Virus record (IMG/VR): IMGVR_UViG_3300005805_000074
Coordinates: 11,655 to 75,654 of that record
DNA: 64,000 bases
Origin: a virus
Taxonomy: Duplodnaviria; Caudoviricetes
Reading direction: 5' to 3' (one strand)
The notes below the pieces were generated by a model. It saw nothing but the letters and a program-made list of their open reading frames with translations, made no database searches and had not been told where the DNA came from. Positions 17,946 through 28,299 of the stretch are shown piece by piece. Position 1 is the stretch's first letter. Each line of letters opens with the position of its first letter. The position numbers and the translations under genes were made by a program.

Positions 17946-18655
17946 AAAAACTTCAACTTTTTTATAATATCCTCATAAAACATAGACTGTGCAACAGTAG
18001 TTAAATGAAAATCTCCCTTTAATATCGCTACTTCTCTACCTAATTTTGATATAGTATATTCTGCCATACCACCGTGTTCATTAAATCTCCAAAAATTTTC
18101 ATCGTATATTAAATCTAATACTTGTTTGTGTTGTGCTTCTATTTCGGGTGTAATTTGTTCCCATCCCCAAAACATTGTATAAGGTATGTTCTTACTTTCC
18201 AACATACATTTAGTTAAAAATATTTGATATAACGAGTAGGTATAAAAATGAGATGATACAGTGTTTAATGTATCAGTAACCCAATCCTCTTTGTTACCAT
18301 TAACAATATATTCATTTGAATAAGGTAAGAATTGTAATTCTGTTTGTCGTATAACTTTTTCAATAAATTTGGTTTCGCTCAGCGCATACGCTCTAGTTAT
18401 ACCTGACCATTGTATTATTACATGGTCGATATCAAAATTATATTTGATTAATTCTCTTACTATGGATTGTGAAATCATTCCTTGTCCAAATGAACTTTGG
18501 GCAGTGTTTATAATGTTAAATTTGTTACTAAAATCTCTCTCAAATACATCAGTCCATGAAGTCCATAGTGGAGTAACATTTCCTGTAGGGAATCCTGTGT
18601 GTTGTGAAAACGAACACCCACCTATTAAAATTTTTTTCTTCATTGGTTTATCCAT
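17942..18655 (-). CDS. SGNH/GDSL-fold protein
   Basis: LIGGCSFS, NTAQSSFGQ, IIQWSGITR, DFHLT motifs. Confidence 0.6.
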   Translation of the reverse strand: MDKPMKKKILIGGCSFSQHTGFPTGNVTPLWTSWTDVFERDFSNKFNIINTAQSSFGQGMISQSIVRELIKYNFDIDHVIIQWSGITRAYALSETKFIEKVIRQTELQFLPYSNEYIVNGNKEDWVTDTLNTVSSHFYTYSLYQIFLTKCMLESKNIPYTMFWGWEQITPEIEAQHKQVLDLIYDENFWRFNEHGGMAEYTISKLGREVAILKGDFHLTTVAQSMFYEDIIKKLKFL

Positions 18656-19623
18656 CCTTTATTTACTAAATTTTTATATATGGTGTCGGCGATTAATTTC
18701 ATACCAAGTGGTCCGGCGTGGCTACCATCTGCGTTCCATTCTGTTTGGTGTGGTTTGAATTGATATAAACTCCATAATACAACATCATCTATTTTATATT
18801 TTATGTCTATAGAATCAAATATCCAACCTACTTGTATATTTTTGAAGTCATATATCATCACATCATCAACATCAATACCAATCGTATTAGTTGACCAAAA
18901 TTCTTTTACCATTTCGTATTCATCATTGGTGTCATAATAATTTGTAAAATTCAATTTATATGACAGAAATGGAGAATATCCGTCAACAATTATGTGGTCT
19001 AAATTTAAACTTTTAAGAAACAAATGAAACGAATAAATTCTCAATCCCCAATGTAGCATCAATTCTTGAAATTGTTCGTGAATATAAGGAGGATATATAT
19101 GATGGAATTCTCCTAACTTCCAATCGTGTCGAGAATTAGGATAATGTTTATGCTCTGGAAAATATATTAATTTACTATCTACATTCTCTCCTTCCGTCCA
19201 TGCGCCTATATACTGTCTAGATTGTCCTATTTTCGGCCACCATTTTGGTTTATTTTGTATATTACTATATTTTTCCCAGTCATAGTATCCTTGTGCAGAA
19301 ATCACAACCTTTGATGCATATTTAATATTCCACTTTTCCCATATGTCAGTTCTACATATGGCAATTTCGTTATAATTTACTCGTCTTTCTAGGGCGGACT
19401 TTTGTAAAATAAAGAAGCATTCATTAATTATATCTTTGTTATTATTGATAAACGAAGTTATGGCAGTTTCTACCGCATACCATCCAGAACCAGGAGAGGC
19501 TAAGCTTATTAATTTTAGTCCTAATTTGTCCGCTAAAAGTTTTCCATATACTTTATCTTCTGGACAACCTTGACCATATGTTTGTGAGCATCCCGCCACA
19601 ACTAAATATTTATATTTTTTCAT
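18640..19623 (-). CDS. SGNH/GDSL-fold protein
   Basis: VAGCSQTYGQG, LASPGSG, DGSHAGPLG; TAATG overlap with the upstream gene. Confidence 0.6.
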   Translation of the reverse strand: MKKYKYLVVAGCSQTYGQGCPEDKVYGKLLADKLGLKLISLASPGSGWYAVETAITSFINNNKDIINECFFILQKSALERRVNYNEIAICRTDIWEKWNIKYASKVVISAQGYYDWEKYSNIQNKPKWWPKIGQSRQYIGAWTEGENVDSKLIYFPEHKHYPNSRHDWKLGEFHHIYPPYIHEQFQELMLHWGLRIYSFHLFLKSLNLDHIIVDGYSPFLSYKLNFTNYYDTNDEYEMVKEFWSTNTIGIDVDDVMIYDFKNIQVGWIFDSIDIKYKIDDVVLWSLYQFKPHQTEWNADGSHAGPLGMKLIADTIYKNLVNKGWINQ

Positions 19624-20027
19624 TACCAACTAATCTCCCAGTCTTTAAAATCTGCAGCTAGGCAGTCAATCTTGTAATCTTTTCGACCACCGACAATTTC
19701 CTGAATTTTATTCTTTGCGGTATTACGAATACCATTTAGTCCGTGTGTAAGTTCAAGATTGTTTCCATCCTTGATACCCTTACGATAGTTTGATTCGTTG
19801 TGCCAAATATGTAGATTCATCTGTGAAAGAACTACGATAGCACGAATGGTTTCTGCAGTAATCTTTCCATCTTGACTATCAAGTAAAAGTTGAATATCAT
19901 GAACAATATCTTCTATTTCTTTGGCGTATTCTGCTTTATGTTCAGGAATGAATACTTCTTTTAATTGAACAATAGATAATCTATCTACTAGTTCTGATAA
20001 TGTTGGTAAATACTTTCTGTCTGTCAT
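19623..20027 (-). CDS. Hypothetical helical protein
   Basis: Clean ORF with tight operon spacing; MTDRKYLPTLSELVDRLSIVQLKE. Confidence 0.7.
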   Translation of the reverse strand: MTDRKYLPTLSELVDRLSIVQLKEVFIPEHKAEYAKEIEDIVHDIQLLLDSQDGKITAETIRAIVVLSQMNLHIWHNESNYRKGIKDGNNLELTHGLNGIRNTAKNKIQEIVGGRKDYKIDCLAADFKDWEISW

Positions 20028-20034
20028 AAATTTC

Positions 20035-21660
20035 TCACTTTATTATAATAAAATTGTTTAGTACTAAAACGCCAATATCGGTATTCATAAATGTATCGTA
20101 TGCCATACGTGGTGTCAATACCATAGTTTGACCCCGTACATTAAATGATGTGTTTAATAAAATGGGGGGATTGTCCGTACTTTCTGAGAACTTAGTAAGT
20201 AGTTTATGAATAGTTGGATTTTCTTCTCTGGTTACACTTTGTATTCTTGCTGTCCCATCTACATTTGATACTTCCTTTAATAAATTTCTATGTTCTTTTT
20301 TAACTTCAACTACTTGGTTCATATATGGAACATATTCCTTTTCTTTAAAATATACTGGTTGCATATCGAATCTAACCATTGGTGCAAATGGACGGAATCC
20401 TTCTCTTTTTTTGATAATACTATTTACTTTATCTCTGGTACCGTCAATGAATGGATTTGCTAAAATTGACCGATGCCCTAACGCACGGGCACCAAATTCA
20501 GACTTACCCCGTACCCACCCAATAACCTTTCCCTTTTGTAATTCCTTAGATACTATTTCATATAATGTGGCGTCACTAACCTTTGTTAGCTTTACATCTG
20601 GTAACTGATTAATAATATCTTCATCAGAATACTCTGGTCCTAGGAATGGTGTTTCTTTTATACGAGAAACATTTTTACTATGTAAGTACCCCAATACCGC
20701 ACCGATAGATGACCCTGCATCAGATGGAGCAGGTGGTATCCATAATTCTGTGAATGGTGTGTACTTTTTAATTTTTCCGTTTGCTACACCATTATATGCA
20801 CACCCACCACCCAAACATAAATTTCTGATGTCGGTTTCTTGTGAAATTTTATTTAATAAACTAAATAGTTGTTCTTCATATACTCGTTGGACTGCAGCGG
20901 CAATATCTTTATGAATCGGTAATATTTCTTCTTCTGGTAATCGATTTGATATACCTAATGCAGTAGATAAAGTCTCATTGAACATTATTTTATTGGACTT
21001 GTCCCAAATGAAATGGTTCATATTTAATTTCTTTACCACATCATAATATTTTGATGAGTCACCGAACCCAGCCAATCCCATCAACTTATATTCCCCATTA
21101 TTTGGTTTAAACCCAAGGAACGAGGTCATAGTGGAGTAAAATAGTCCCAATGACTGTGGGTATTTCATCAAAGGTTTGAATGTAAACTTACCATTTTTTA
21201 CAATTGCTACCACAACAGTGTCGGTTTCACCAACACCATCGACAGAAACCACAACAGCATCATCAAACTTTGATGTATAATAAGAGTAGTATAAATGTGA
21301 ATGATGGTGTGGCTGATAATAAATGTTTTTCCCAAGTTCTTTCTTTAGAAGTTGGGTATTATTATACAATGATATTAATGAGTCTTTAGTAAATGAAACA
21401 GATGAGATGGGATTTCTGATATAGTTTTTAATAATTCTGCTTAGTTTTAATCGTGGGGTTTCGTAAAAGCAGAATTTCTCTATTTCATCCAATCGTATGT
21501 TATAAGTGTCCAGTATGTATCTTAGTCCGTTATACGGAAAGGATGAATCGTGCTTCTTACCTGTGAACCTTTCTTCTTCACATGCAAAAACCAATTCACC
21601 GTTTTTGAACAAACAAATAGACGAATCGTGATAGAAACACGATATTCCAATTATGTACAT
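20035..21660 (-). CDS. Carbamoyltransferase (NodU/CmcH/TobZ family)
   Basis: GISCFYHDSS, EEERF..KKHD, HHHSH, DGVGE, GEYKLMGLA, GGCAYN, EFGARALGHRSILA, RPFAP, LLNTSFN. Confidence 0.95.
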   Translation of the reverse strand: MYIIGISCFYHDSSICLFKNGELVFACEEERFTGKKHDSSFPYNGLRYILDTYNIRLDEIEKFCFYETPRLKLSRIIKNYIRNPISSVSFTKDSLISLYNNTQLLKKELGKNIYYQPHHHSHLYYSYYTSKFDDAVVVSVDGVGETDTVVVAIVKNGKFTFKPLMKYPQSLGLFYSTMTSFLGFKPNNGEYKLMGLAGFGDSSKYYDVVKKLNMNHFIWDKSNKIMFNETLSTALGISNRLPEEEILPIHKDIAAAVQRVYEEQLFSLLNKISQETDIRNLCLGGGCAYNGVANGKIKKYTPFTELWIPPAPSDAGSSIGAVLGYLHSKNVSRIKETPFLGPEYSDEDIINQLPDVKLTKVSDATLYEIVSKELQKGKVIGWVRGKSEFGARALGHRSILANPFIDGTRDKVNSIIKKREGFRPFAPMVRFDMQPVYFKEKEYVPYMNQVVEVKKEHRNLLKEVSNVDGTARIQSVTREENPTIHKLLTKFSESTDNPPILLNTSFNVRGQTMVLTPRMAYDTFMNTDIGVLVLNNFIIIK

Positions 21661-22373
21661 CCAACCTCCTTTAACAAAAACTCAGCCCACAACTTGTGTG
21701 AGGCTTTATCTGGGTGTTTTCTCGGAAGAAATTTACCTCCATTCTCCTTTATATAATTATACATCGTTTGACTTCTAAATGAGTTTGGAGTCCTTTTTAA
21801 CAGAGATTTTAGAGATATTTGGTGTTTTTCCCTTCCAAACATATCGATTTTGTTGGTAGGTTCTGGAATATTTTCATACTCATAGAACACATTAAAAAAA
21901 TAATATGGAATTTTATTTACCTCAAGAAATGAGCTTAAACCAATCACATGATTTAAAGTTCTGAGGTACGAAGGGATTACTTCAGTTTGGTGTAAAACGA
22001 ATTCATCTTCCGTAGTTCTATGTTCATCTGGGTCACCCCATTTATCGTACCCCACCCATAATCTTTCTTGTATATATTTTTGTCCATCCCACCATTCAAG
22101 ACGAGTGGGGGCAGTCCAACCAACGATAACGAATACATCGTTAGATTGCACCCACCCCGATTCTTCACTCCATATTTCTTTTGTGTCCAACCAATGTGAC
22201 ATATCTCTTATAGTTTGACGATAAATGTAATCATTGGAAACACCAGATGACGCATTATTACAGTCTATTCTTTTTGTTAGACTTGCTAGTACTGCCGAAA
22301 ATCTTTCTTCTGTCTTGTTTTCCAATTCGGACCCCCACTCAGTAGAGGAACCATTCGTATATAAAACTTTCAT
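21651..22373 (-). CDS. SGNH/GDSL-fold protein
   Basis: LYTNGSSTEWG, NASSGVSNDYIYR, IVGWT, KHPDKASHKLWAE. Confidence 0.65.
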   Translation of the reverse strand: MKVLYTNGSSTEWGSELENKTEERFSAVLASLTKRIDCNNASSGVSNDYIYRQTIRDMSHWLDTKEIWSEESGWVQSNDVFVIVGWTAPTRLEWWDGQKYIQERLWVGYDKWGDPDEHRTTEDEFVLHQTEVIPSYLRTLNHVIGLSSFLEVNKIPYYFFNVFYEYENIPEPTNKIDMFGREKHQISLKSLLKRTPNSFRSQTMYNYIKENGGKFLPRKHPDKASHKLWAEFLLKEVGCT

Positions 22374-22374
22374 A

Positions 22375-24462
22375 TTATCGTAATATCTTTCCACTTAATT
22401 GTTCCCAAAATTTTAATTCTGTTTCATTAGGGTCACCAAAAATAATACTCATTAATAATTTTTTATTATGTTCGATATAATGATAATGTTCTTTTCTAAA
22501 ATTATTTAATGTTTCTATGGAGTTAATCGTAGCAAATCTTGCTATGATAGAAGCGGCTATAGCATTATCTTTGTTTGTGTTTGTTAGGTAATCTATATTA
22601 AAAAGTTTTTTAAGATAACTAAAATCAAATCCAATTCTTTCTAAATTTCTATAAAACAGTCCATCCCAAGTAATAAACACAAATGTTTCACTAAGTATTG
22701 CCAACAACGATTTTTCACTAAACTGTTGGTTTTGAAAATTTTCGAAGTTGGTTACATCAACATAATCACCATGTTCTGTTTCATTAACAATCGAGAATAT
22801 AGATTGTTTATGATGGTCTAACACAGAAGTAAGTAACTGCGCAATTTCAGTATAATCTCGTTTAATATGATACTTTTCTGATGTATCTGTATGCCACGGT
22901 AACCCTATTTCTCTATATTTTGAAATATCAAAGTTAAAATCTGGTGGTGGTATTAAAGGTAGTTGTGGTTGTTCCTGCAACCAAGCATCTTCTATCATAG
23001 AAATAATGTTTTCATTCTTTAACAGATTGTGGTCTTTATATTCATTTAATAAATTATCAAATACTCGAAGTCTGTGAATACTTACTTTATTGTTTAACAT
23101 AGTTATTTTTTTATTTCTATAATCATCCTTAAAACATTTTACATTTACTTTATTTAATTCTTGAAATATTCTGAATTTTACTTCCAACGGTACGAAGTTT
23201 GTAGAAGGATAATCGGTTGCATTGGTATCTATATACCAAATCTGTGACGGATTAATATTAAATTCATTTTTTATAAACTTAAGAAATTCTACGAACACTT
23301 TTGAATGTACTCTCTCATGTTTTAATACTAAAAGAAATCTTTTATTTTCTGTAACTATTTCTTTTAGCCAACCACACTCTCTGTTAATACTTTCTGTAAA
23401 TTTCTTTGTGTTTTCTTGTAGTTTGTCTTTACCGTCCATAATAACTTGTCGGTAAGCAAAAATATGAAATTCTTCTAAATAAATAAAATCGGCTTGGTCT
23501 GGATTATCTACACGTTGAAATTCTATGGGTAGGTAGTTTGTAAGATTAAAGTCTTTCTCGAAATTTGGTATTTGTACAGGACAAAAATATTTTATTGTAT
23601 TATTATGTTTTATATAGTTAATAATTTTATCCGCAACAATTTGATTACCAAAGTAACCAATGTGATTATCATTATTATCTATTTCATTACGTATCAAAAG
23701 TTTTTTATCTTCCGCATATGTCCATATACCTACATTATTGTTTACTTTATTTGGTTCTTGTTCATTAAAAGCATAGTTCAAATCACATTTTTTTGGAATT
23801 ATTTTTCTGAAATGTCGTAGTCGTGGATTGCCGGGTTTACCTCCATCTTGAAAAAATTCATGATGTGCTTCCGGTAAGGATACTAAATAATCTATATTTC
23901 TACTGTTTAGGAACTCTAAAAATATTGCTAAACGTCTTAATTCTGCTTGATACTGCTCATCCGCGTCAAAGAAATTAAGAAGATGTTGATTAATAATTGT
24001 TTTATATTTTTCATTCCAGTTTATTTGTTCATCCTTATCATCAACATACCAATCTTTAACCAACATAAAATCATATTCATCACCTTTCTTATGAGCATTT
24101 AGTACCCCATAATCTTGCCACTCAAAAACATAATAGTCTAAACGAACTCCTACTTGTGGTTCAAGTAAAAAAATAGTCTGGTCCACCTTATCTTTGTTTG
24201 CCATTATCCATATAAAAGTGGTACGTATTAGTCTATCTATACCACTTCCACTTTTGGCATCGTTTATAAGTTCAAGATTTAATTTTTTTGCGACAAAATG
24301 TGGATATGAACACTCAACCTGTGCCTCTGGAAGTTTAGTGTTAGGATATTTTTTTTCGTATAGTTGACGAACATTCTGTCTGTGTTCCATGCGTTCAAAA
24401 CCACCACCTGCGGTTACAGAAGATCCGTTTGCGTACAAATATTTTTTCTTATATAAGTTCAT
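22375..24462 (-). CDS. Fusion of an SGNH-fold domain and a GT10-like family domain
   Basis: N-terminal NGSSVTAGGG, AKSGSG and DNHIGYFGN; C-terminal KITMLNNKVSIHRL and SIFSIVNET...FSEKSLLA. Confidence 0.6.
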   Translation of the reverse strand: MNLYKKKYLYANGSSVTAGGGFERMEHRQNVRQLYEKKYPNTKLPEAQVECSYPHFVAKKLNLELINDAKSGSGIDRLIRTTFIWIMANKDKVDQTIFLLEPQVGVRLDYYVFEWQDYGVLNAHKKGDEYDFMLVKDWYVDDKDEQINWNEKYKTIINQHLLNFFDADEQYQAELRRLAIFLEFLNSRNIDYLVSLPEAHHEFFQDGGKPGNPRLRHFRKIIPKKCDLNYAFNEQEPNKVNNNVGIWTYAEDKKLLIRNEIDNNDNHIGYFGNQIVADKIINYIKHNNTIKYFCPVQIPNFEKDFNLTNYLPIEFQRVDNPDQADFIYLEEFHIFAYRQVIMDGKDKLQENTKKFTESINRECGWLKEIVTENKRFLLVLKHERVHSKVFVEFLKFIKNEFNINPSQIWYIDTNATDYPSTNFVPLEVKFRIFQELNKVNVKCFKDDYRNKKITMLNNKVSIHRLRVFDNLLNEYKDHNLLKNENIISMIEDAWLQEQPQLPLIPPPDFNFDISKYREIGLPWHTDTSEKYHIKRDYTEIAQLLTSVLDHHKQSIFSIVNETEHGDYVDVTNFENFQNQQFSEKSLLAILSETFVFITWDGLFYRNLERIGFDFSYLKKLFNIDYLTNTNKDNAIAASIIARFATINSIETLNNFRKEHYHYIEHNKKLLMSIIFGDPNETELKFWEQLSGKILR

Positions 24463-24468
24463 AACTAC

Positions 24469-24603
24469 TTAGTGTTTATATACAAACGGGTCGCGTTTTT
24501 TTAATTCTTCTAATTTTTGTTTATACAACTTTTCTAATCTCTTTTTATTTTGTTTTTCTTTATATTTCTGGTATATTTTTTTAATTATACTAATCATTTT
24601 CAT
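24469..24603 (-). CDS. Small Lys-rich peptide (44 aa), not in the ORF track
   Basis: SD GAGGAG; MKMISIIKKIYQKYKEKQNKKRLEKLYKQKLEELKKRDPFVYKH; fills the only gap between 24462 and 24608. Confidence 0.7.
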   Translation of the reverse strand: MKMISIIKKIYQKYKEKQNKKRLEKLYKQKLEELKKRDPFVYKH

Positions 24604-24607
24604 CTCC

Positions 24608-25723
24608 TCATATAAGTTCATTATCTAGCATAAAGTTTTTCAATATTGAGTAACCTTCTAATTTTAAACTTTCACATAAAATATTATTTCTAATAAACCT
24701 TGTGTGATTTTTTTCATAAAAATCTAGTAAATCCATCTTCATTACATTTTCTAGTTCATCAACTGCTTTTTTGATTCGTTTTACATTGTCAAGTTCATTA
24801 TCGTAATCATGATTTATGATATCATCAAACAAATCAAAACCTAAACTTCGTAATGTAGATACATAACCAGGCATAGAAATATAAATTGGTATTTGATGTA
24901 ATTTAAACGGACGCCACGCCTTTTCTGTAACTGTGACTGTGTTTATATGTGTTATTCCACAATCTATACTTGCAACATTTTCAGTAACTAACGCTAACAC
25001 CTTTTTACAGGAACTATCATTTAATACTAAACTAGGAATTAGACCATCTTCTCCACGCAATTTAATTGGTAACTTATTTTTTAAATTTTCTAAAATAGGT
25101 AAATCATTCTTTGAGTATATATCATTCTCAATCATTGAGGAGTATAAATCATAGTCTGTTGAATTACCATGTGAGTAAAATAAAAAGGAAATGTCGTTAT
25201 TTTTATTTTCGTCTAATAAATTTCGTTTTACTAATTCTAACAATAGTAAAATTCTGTGTGTTCTTATTCTTCCATTTAAACAACAAAACCCGTTTTCTTT
25301 ATCGTAAGCATTGGCATAATCTATTATATAATTTTGTTTATTTTTACTATAAGAAAAGTTTTCAAAATATGCTAAGAGTGATAATTTAAAAGAAGAACAG
25401 ACTTTTACATTTTTACCAAAATTATGTTCAACTTCACTGTCTACAATTAAATAAAACGGTATTTCTGAGTGTTTCTCGGTCAATTCACTAAAGTATATTA
25501 TGAAGTCATCTATACAACCGCTCTCTGTCACTATATTGACTATTACTTTAGTATTTTCGTGTAGATACTGAATAACATTATCAAAGTTATCCTGTATATT
25601 ATCGCGTGAAAGTATAACTATGTCAAATTTTCCAGTTGGAGAATCATGTATAGTTTTTACTTTTGTAAAAAATGTTGGTAATAATTCTGGTACTATACTT
25701 CCATAATCTAGAACTTTTTTCAT
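24608..25723 (-). CDS. Glycosyltransferase-like protein (GT10-like motif family)
   Basis: FCCLNGRIRTHRILL, LVTEN...VTEKAWRPF...PIYI....LRSLGFDLFDDII.HDYD. Confidence 0.55.
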   Translation of the reverse strand: MKKVLDYGSIVPELLPTFFTKVKTIHDSPTGKFDIVILSRDNIQDNFDNVIQYLHENTKVIVNIVTESGCIDDFIIYFSELTEKHSEIPFYLIVDSEVEHNFGKNVKVCSSFKLSLLAYFENFSYSKNKQNYIIDYANAYDKENGFCCLNGRIRTHRILLLLELVKRNLLDENKNNDISFLFYSHGNSTDYDLYSSMIENDIYSKNDLPILENLKNKLPIKLRGEDGLIPSLVLNDSSCKKVLALVTENVASIDCGITHINTVTVTEKAWRPFKLHQIPIYISMPGYVSTLRSLGFDLFDDIINHDYDNELDNVKRIKKAVDELENVMKMDLLDFYEKNHTRFIRNNILCESLKLEGYSILKNFMLDNELI

Positions 25724-25727
25724 TTTA

Positions 25728-26492
25728 TTATTTTTTAAAGTGGTATGCTTTGTGATGGTGTCGAATTCTAATTATATCATCACCAAAAAATTCTTTTACT
25801 GCTTTTATAACGCCGGCATGAAACATAGACCCATCATCAAATCGATATGTATCTACCTCTATAACTTCGTTAGGTGCGTCTTGTAGATTGTACTTATCAT
25901 AAAAATCATCGTCACCACTTACATCATCTAAAACCATTATACCGCCAGGTTTTAATTTTTTGTATCCATTTTCTATGTCAGATTTTACGATACTATATTC
26001 GTGTCCACCGTCTATAAAGACCATATCATAGTATTCATCGTTCATATGATGTATTACTTCTCTTGAGTCACCCTCAAATACAGTGATAATATCATCTACT
26101 TTAAACTTTTTAGCCTCAGACCATAAATGAGACTTCCAACTTTCTGAATTATTCTCATTGTATGCCCATTCTTCTTCTTTATCTACCGTTAAGTTCCCCT
26201 TAAACCAATCTATTATATGAAGTTTACCATTTATCATTGGTAATTTCAATATTTTAGCTATCGCTACTGCGTCACTACCCTGTGCGCAACCAATTTGTAA
26301 AATTTTTGGACAATCTTTTTCACTATCATATTCATTATATCCACAAAATTCCGCCGTCATATGAGTATACACAAACATAGCTATCCACTGAAACGGTAAC
26401 ACCCAATTAGAGGGGGTAAATGTATCTTTCTCTTCTTCTTTAACAAACCAGTCAGATATATCTGGTGGTATTATAGTATGAAATCTATTCAT
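25728..26492 (-). CDS. Class I SAM-dependent methyltransferase (Methyltransf_24-like)
   Basis: LQIGCAQGSD, IDWF, GDSRE, DMVFIDGGHEY, LKPGGIMVLDD. Confidence 0.88.
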   Translation of the reverse strand: MNRFHTIIPPDISDWFVKEEEKDTFTPSNWVLPFQWIAMFVYTHMTAEFCGYNEYDSEKDCPKILQIGCAQGSDAVAIAKILKLPMINGKLHIIDWFKGNLTVDKEEEWAYNENNSESWKSHLWSEAKKFKVDDIITVFEGDSREVIHHMNDEYYDMVFIDGGHEYSIVKSDIENGYKKLKPGGIMVLDDVSGDDDFYDKYNLQDAPNEVIEVDTYRFDDGSMFHAGVIKAVKEFFGDDIIRIRHHHKAYHFKK

Positions 26493-27394
26493 CGTCTATT
26501 CTCTATGGCTTCTATAACTGATTTAGCTAAATGTTGATGCTGCTCTAGCGTAGGATGACCATTACCACATCCTTTAAATTCATGTGATATTTCTTTAAAT
26601 TTAAATGTATTTTTCCATGTTTCATAGGTATAATATTTTTTATTATCTTTTCCTATTAGTGGTATTTTGTAATTATTAAATTCAGAATTTAATATAAATT
26701 TACTAGTTATTGGATCCCAAGAATCAATAACATAAATTTTTCGTTTACCACCCGCTTGCCAGAATTTAACATAATCTAAATATAAATTGTCTAGCATACT
26801 TTGATACGAGTTGTTAATTTGCTCTTGTACTTTTTCTATAAAATTGGGATTATCTTTTTGTATCTTAATAGTGTTTTCTATAATATGCAAAGTTTCCTTG
26901 TCTAACTCACTCAATTCTATGTTATACATTAATTTATACAAAAAGTTGTCTATATCTTCATATACACGATAATATTCAATATTTGTACAAAACATACATT
27001 TACAATTTTTTAAATTTGAATGTAATGGATCTCTGGATATTATAGAAAATTGAATTACTATAGTGTCAATGTATACACCGGGGTCTAGTAAATATTTATT
27101 TGCTATTTTTACATAACGTTGTATACATCCGCCATTGTGGTCATCTACATATGCATTTGTATTAAAATGTTTAGAAACTATACCTGGATACCTGTTTTTT
27201 TCGCGGAACTCTTCTCCATTATTATCTCGTTTGGTTCCTAAATATTTCCAAGTATTCATCTGATTTCTTTCTGCAATCCACTTTGGTGTATCACAGTACA
27301 ATTCCAATCCTTCTCCCCAAGTAAAACTATCTCCTAAAAATAAAATACCTTTTTCTAAATTATGTAATGGTGGAGTGTTATTAAACCCATTCAT
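26489..27394 (-). CDS. SGNH/GDSL-fold protein (tandem paralogue A)
   Basis: LFLGDSFTWGEG, NGGC, GHPTLEQHQHLA. Confidence 0.7.
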   Translation of the reverse strand: MNGFNNTPPLHNLEKGILFLGDSFTWGEGLELYCDTPKWIAERNQMNTWKYLGTKRDNNGEEFREKNRYPGIVSKHFNTNAYVDDHNGGCIQRYVKIANKYLLDPGVYIDTIVIQFSIISRDPLHSNLKNCKCMFCTNIEYYRVYEDIDNFLYKLMYNIELSELDKETLHIIENTIKIQKDNPNFIEKVQEQINNSYQSMLDNLYLDYVKFWQAGGKRKIYVIDSWDPITSKFILNSEFNNYKIPLIGKDNKKYYTYETWKNTFKFKEISHEFKGCGNGHPTLEQHQHLAKSVIEAIENRR

Positions 27395-28298
27395 ATTTTT
27401 TTTCCTGTAAAAATTTTATAATGGAGTTTGCCACATACTGATGTTGTTCCAGTGACATATGCATATTATCTGTACGTGGGAAATCAGAAATAATTCTTTT
27501 TTTCTCAAATGTATTTTCCCACTCGTTAAACCTCAAATATTTTTTATTATTTTTTCCATATAATGGTATAAAATTTTCTATATACTTTTCTCTAAATGGT
27601 CCGTTTTGTGAGAAAATACTGTTACTTGATTGTTGTTCCCATGAATCTATAAAATAAATATTTCTTTTATTATAATACTGCCATGTAATAACTTTGTTGA
27701 AAAATTGATAAAGTAATTTTTCATACCATATCATTTTTATTTCTTCAAATTTATTTAAAAAATTTGAATTACTAACTGACACTCCAGTTTCTTTTTCATA
27801 AAAACTTAGTACTCTTAATTCTTCTTCAGTCATGTTTTCATTTTGTAGTACTTTATTTACAATGTGTTCTACACATCCACCATCATATATACGTGTTAGG
27901 TGGGAACTTGTTTGATTACGGTCCACTTCACACGTATCACATCCACAAGTAAATGTACCGTGTAATGGTTCTCTTGATAAACAAGAAAACTGAATAATGA
28001 TTGTGTCTACATATATGTCAGGGTCGAATAGAAAATGTTCTGCTACATCTATATTTCGTGCTAAACATCCACCATTTTTATCGTCTACTAAATCCATTTT
28101 GTTAAAATGGTTAGCTACTAATCTAGGAAACCTATTCTGATTACGAAAGTTTATACCATCATCATCTTGTTTGTCTTGAAGTTCATTCCATTGGTTGAAT
28201 ATATTTCGTTCTTTTATCCACTTAGGAGTATCGCAATATAATTCTAACCCTTCTCCCCAAGTAAAACTATCTCCTAAAAACAAAATACTTTTTGGCAT
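27381..28298 (-). CDS. SGNH/GDSL-fold protein (tandem paralogue B)
   Basis: LFLGDSFTWGEG, NGGC, MHMSLEQHQYVA. Confidence 0.7.
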   Translation of the reverse strand: MPKSILFLGDSFTWGEGLELYCDTPKWIKERNIFNQWNELQDKQDDDGINFRNQNRFPRLVANHFNKMDLVDDKNGGCLARNIDVAEHFLFDPDIYVDTIIIQFSCLSREPLHGTFTCGCDTCEVDRNQTSSHLTRIYDGGCVEHIVNKVLQNENMTEEELRVLSFYEKETGVSVSNSNFLNKFEEIKMIWYEKLLYQFFNKVITWQYYNKRNIYFIDSWEQQSSNSIFSQNGPFREKYIENFIPLYGKNNKKYLRFNEWENTFEKKRIISDFPRTDNMHMSLEQHQYVANSIIKFLQEKKYEWV

Positions 28299-28299
28299 A

